The translations under genes and the position numbers were made by a program. From Tubulanus polymorphus (lineage: Eukaryota; Animalia; Nemertea): DNA of 64,000 nucleotides. Numbering within the stretch: position 1 is the first letter of the stretch; each line of letters opens with the position of its first letter. The stretch covers positions 6,056,778 through 6,120,777 of the forward strand of contig NC_134030.1 in the NCBI RefSeq assembly GCF_964204645.1, given 5' to 3'. Of this stretch, positions 59,401-64,000 are shown one piece after another. Below the pieces are notes generated by a model. The model did no database searches and had not been told where the DNA came from. It was given only the letters and a program-made list of their open reading frames with translations.

Positions 59401-62400
59401 CTCTGCGACCGGAACGTTTCGCCCGTTTTGTTACTGCAGAATTTGCCAATAGATGGCGCCGTCGCTTCTCCGCCGTTGAATATTTCCAGGTAGTCGAACG
59501 TACATTTCTTGTGGTCTTCAATATTCATATCGACCCAAACCAACTACAACACAAACAGCACAGTAATTAACGTATGTAATGAGTATCATGATGAACTAAG
59601 AAAATTTGATAAACTAACAAAATTTTGGTTTTCAAATTCATGAACCGCTACATTAACAATATTCTAGTCCACAACTATGAAAAAAGTTCCTGGGAAAAGT
59701 TGCACAGTCATGATGTAGGTCAAAAATAGATCTTTTTAAATCTTACGACTGGTCTTAGGGTGCTAGATGGTTTATAGAACTAAGATGGTCTTCTTAGATG
59801 GTCATGGCTTTGCAAGTGACTCCTCGTTCTTGGCACAGGCACCTACCTCTATTTGTTGACCCTCTGGAGCACGTATAATCCACGCACATGTATCGCTCGC
59901 CCTATAAGCGTTCGGATATCCGGGACTGGTAATCGTACCTCCGTCCTCCGTTAATATTCCTCCACAGTCAGTAACCTGATATTTGATATGGAATCCACGA
60001 CCTTCAGTCGAGCCATCAGAATGAAACAGTATAGATATGGCACTACTAGGCGACGCTAAACGGATCGATGTCATGTTACCGCAATAACGACCCAATGATT
60101 TAGTTTCCGAATTCACAGCTGAAATCAAAATTCATTCATCAAAATGCATGTTTCTCCTTTTTTCAATATTTTTTGGGTGTATAGGCTTTTACTATGCATA
60201 ACCATATAGTTTTGTTATATAAAGCATCACTCTGTTATATCAATGTCACGAAGTAAACTTACCCGGTATATGCAAAATGTTTTTTAGTAAACTACAGTCT
60301 AGACTTACTTTCTGTAATCAGCACGTAATCAAAGTTACAATTGTCCTCCATATTCAAATGTTGAAAAAACAGTCCAATCGATGTATTTCCAGCTTTCGAA
60401 TTCTGTAACACCCACACACACTCTTCACTACTGTTATAGAATCCTTCGTCGAAATGCGGTGATTTCAATTCACCGATTCTTGAAGTTCCTGAATTCAGAT
60501 CTATCAATCCCCCACATCCTGGAAGACGGACAATTCCGGATATTTATCAATTTCATCTGCTTGTGCTAAGTTTACTGTTCGCAACAGATCTGAAAATCTT
60601 TCTCGCTAATGTCGTAAATGTAACCATAATCTATTAAGTGCACTTACTGGATGGATTATTGGACGTGTATCTCGCCTTGAATCCACGTCCGGAGAACGAA
60701 CGATCCGCTTTAAATCGTAGCGTCATCCCATTACCGGATGATTCAATCAGTCCTGGGTTATCTTTCCCGCACAAACGAGTGATGGTCGGCGACCTCATCG
60801 GATGATCATAAACACCATTCAATATCTAATAAACATTTTCACAAACATTCAATTCCTCCATTTAGATTACATTACTACTCTATCAAAAGAGGCACCTCTA
60901 TTTTTCAGCATTCAAATGAACTTTGTGGTTGATCGTTAGCAATTAAAAACAAATTTTCTCTCAACATATCTATTTGAATTGTTACCTGTATGAAGTCGTA
61001 GAAACAGCCAACTCCAGTTTCCAAATCGAAATCATCAAACGTCAAACTAACGCGGCGACCCATTTGAACTTTAATCTTCCACGTACATTCTCGCAGGTGG
61101 GCGTAATGGCCAGGGTAATTAGGACTCGTTATGACACCGGTTGGCGTGTCTAGTTCCCCTCCACATGCTAAAATTCAAGTAAAATTTAAGAACAAATTCT
61201 CCATATCGGAGCAATGCGGACTGAAATCACTCCCTCCATGCACGGTGGCATCTTACAGGGGCGGATCTAGGATATTTTATGGGGTTGGGGTCCAGGGAAG
61301 TAAAAAGGGACTATATGAAATGTTACTGTAATGACGGCATAGCCCTTATAGCCAACGACCACGAGTGGGTACTAGACAATAGAAATATTTTGAAATTTGA
61401 TGGGATTTCCACAGAGTTGAATAATGAAATTAATCATAAAATACACAACCACAATCACAAAACCATTGTATATTCATCATTTTGTATGAGAAAACACCAT
61501 TTCTGTTTGTTTTATATTCACCTTAATTGAAAAATATATCACTTAGCATTTCTATGAGGGACCTTCAAATTTAAGGGGGGTCCAGTCCCCCTTGGACCCC
61601 CTCTAAATCTGCCCCTGTCTTAACATTCATGGGAACCTACTGTCAATGCTGGACTCGAATCTAAACTGGAATCCTGTGTCTGTTCCTGAATTATCCGAGT
61701 GGAATTTGATATACGCATAACTGTCCCCTGTATCACCAATTTCTGTTCCGACGTCTGAGAGGTCACCACAATATTTACCAAACAACCGTCCTTAAAATAT
61801 ACGTAAATCATCATAACTTACCTCAAGCCATGAAATCAGAGTATTGACGAATGTGTTGCCCGAAAATATGATTTGGCTTAAGAGTCATCCTAGATCCAGA
61901 TACGTGACCTAGGGATCTAAATCTTAGGTCTAGTCTTCAGTTGTTAGATTGGTTACAGAACACAGATAGGCTTAGACTGGTCTTCAATATAAGCCATGAC
62001 TGTGTAACTGGCCTCTGATACTATATGTGATATCCAGATTTTCAAATGAGATAAGACATTAGGAAAATATATCATCAAATACCTGTTGCGTTACGTTCTC
62101 GGACTTCTAAATAATCGCCGGTGCAGTTTGCCTTTGAATTCATCTTCAAACTGACGAACGATAATGTAAGATAATGTCCCGTTAAACCTTCAACGAACCA
62201 CTCGCAGTCGGTGTTCACTGGATAATTGTTCGGATAGTTTGGACTGCTTATAACACCTCGAGATGCTCGAACTAAGCCTCCGCAAACACCTACGCATTAG
62301 AAATACAATTATTACGACTGTGTCTTAATTAACCAGGGTGGCCACTTTTATTTGACTTGCTTTTTCCCTAACTTTCCTGACATGTATGTTGTTTTTTTCC

Positions 62401-64000
62401 CTGACTTGATCTGCTAATCGATTAACACAGTCAAATATGTAAGACATGACAGAAACTGTTTGATATTACGCACGCACGATCTAGCGATCTCAACAAATTA
62501 CTTTTTCCCAATTCATAGCTTTTTTACAAAATTCCCTGACTTTTTAAAGAAATGAAATTCCCTGACTTTTCCCCTGAATTTCCAGGTAAGTGGCGTCACC
62601 CTGTAACCAGTCTTGAGCCCCTAGATGACTTTCTCTTACCCATACGATACGTGGCCTTGAATCCTTTATGAACGACGCTGCTATCCGTGCGGAACTTCAC
62701 AAACATTACATTGCCCCTGGAGATGCGGGTGCCCGGGGCCGTCGCGCCGCAAAATCTACCCAACAATCGTGAATTCCACGTTCCTCCGTCGCGCACCTCG
62801 ACGTAATCGAATTTACATCTGAAAATATCGAAACTACGTGACATAATTGTGAGTATGAATTAGTAAGTTTCTATCGGAGACCCTTTTAGCATACATACTC
62901 TCTTGGATGAGTCTCGATTTGGAATTCGTTGTCGAAATCGATTTGTATTCGTTCGGTCGCCGGCGCTGTTATCGTCCAGATACATTCCACATTATGCGGA
63001 TATTTTTCGGGATAATTCGGCGATTTAATCACACCCGACGATACGCTATCGGAGAGGTACATCGTTCCGCCGCACGCGACCGAAAGCTCGCGATACGTCA
63101 GGCGAAATCCGGGACGTCCGATGCTGCCTTCAGCCGAGACGAACTGCACAGTCAAACTGTTACTCGATGATCCGATACTACCGACTGGAATCGTGTTGCC
63201 GCAGTATTTATCACCGAGTGTCGGAGAAGTCAGCGAATCGCCGTTATAAAACTGGATTACAAATTCAAACATGTATACAGTGAATAATATACATCCCAGT
63301 ATTAGTGTTCGGATCCACAGGCAAATTTTGAAGGACTTGTCACATCCAAAAAGGGCACAAAGCACAAAAAAACCCACAGATGATGATTTAACGATGTATT
63401 TTCTGACAGTTTTTCATTTCTCCGATGATGAGGTTTAGTCAAAACTTCGAAATTGTCAGAAAATTAATAGTAACATCATCAACTGTGGGTGGGTTCATCA
63501 ACTCAATTCAGTATCCCGGTACCCGGTTTGTGTATTTCATGTTTTCCCTATTTTTGAGCTAGTGGAAACAAACCTGTATATAGTCATTCTGACATTCACT
63601 TGTAGCTAGAATATCCAATGATTCAAATGTGATGTTTACAGTTCGACCGGGTGTTACAGTTATCGTCCACGTACAGTTCGATTCCGGAGGATAGTTCTGC
63701 GGTTGGTTTGGACTTTGAATTTCGCCAACAGGACTAGTGAATTGGCCACCACAAGCTGAAATGAAATTCCATCAGTCCATAACATTTATGAATTAACGAA
63801 GCTGCCAGTTAAAATGAGATGAGACGCATATAGAAAATTGTACCTGTTTTGAAAAGAGCCATGAATCCAGTTCCGTTGATACTGTGATCCGATTTGAAGC
63901 GAACAGTTAAATCTTTTGTACTGGAGAAAAATGAATCTAAAGGTGGGTACCGGCCACAGAAAGTACCTAATTTTGATGCTGATATGCTATTGCCTAAAAT
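53449..64000 (-). CDS. CUBN: Cubilin-like protein, 3' part (about 13 complete tandem CUB domains plus a partial one; gene continues beyond the window)
   Basis: More than 20 exons encoding repeated CGG...SP.YP..Y...C.W.I...C..DY...G.FCG...F.SD....GF CUB motifs; last exon 53547-53449 ends GRGFRATYSST* with no TM segment. The N-terminal EGF region is not visible, so orthology is inferred. Confidence 0.85.
54380..54636. mobile_element. Degenerate element of the CAGGGGCGGATC end type
   Basis: CAGGGGTAGATTTAG / CTAGATCCACCTATG; flanks ATATA/ATATG. Confidence 0.55.
55875..56060. mobile_element. MITE with CAGGGTGGCCA termini
   Basis: CAGGGTGGTCAC / TGGCCACCCTG with internal TTCCCTGA repeats; related copy at 62334-62603. 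Confidence 0.65.
57216..57447. mobile_element. Non-autonomous DNA transposon with 5-bp TSD (same end type)
   Basis: Ends CAGGCGTGGATCCA / TGGATCCGCACCTG flanked by CAATT on both sides. Confidence 0.72.
61256..61617. mobile_element. Non-autonomous DNA transposon with 5-bp TSD
   Basis: Ends CAGGGGCGGATCTAG / TAAATCTGCCCCTG flanked by TCTTA on both sides. Confidence 0.75.
62334..62603. mobile_element. MITE with CAGGGTGGCCA termini, second copy
   Basis: CAGGGTGGCCAC / GTCACCCTG with multiple TTCCCTGAC repeats. Confidence 0.65.

Overview
Gene-dense, AT-rich, intron-containing animal (invertebrate, probably protostome/lophotrochozoan) genomic window; there are no prokaryotic features. Left to right: (1) 0.9-10.4 kb: a tandem array of three 4-coding-exon genes for secreted ~175-aa proteins with 14 invariant cysteines. 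They look like free-standing PCSK9 C-terminal (resistin-like) modules. Each sits behind a shared promoter module present in 1, 1 and 3 copies, and a fourth promoter (2 copies) has no coding exons. (2) A minus-strand two-Ig-domain type I membrane protein gene (11.5-28.1 kb) with a nested antisense His-rich single-exon ORF. (3) A compact housekeeping cluster: RABIF/MSS4 head-to-head with COPZ1, a single-exon SOCS-box gene head-to-head with COA3 (U12-type intron), and an intron-containing cytosolic HSC70 hosting four near-identical U14 snoRNAs and two snR38/SNORD1-like snoRNAs. (4) MCM6 with a nested antisense single-exon rhodopsin-type GPCR. (5) The 3' part of a cubilin-like gene on the minus strand, running off the window. 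Several short MITE-type elements lie in introns. All gene models were spliced by hand from GT-AG signals and reading frame; family assignments come from remembered motifs, not database searches.
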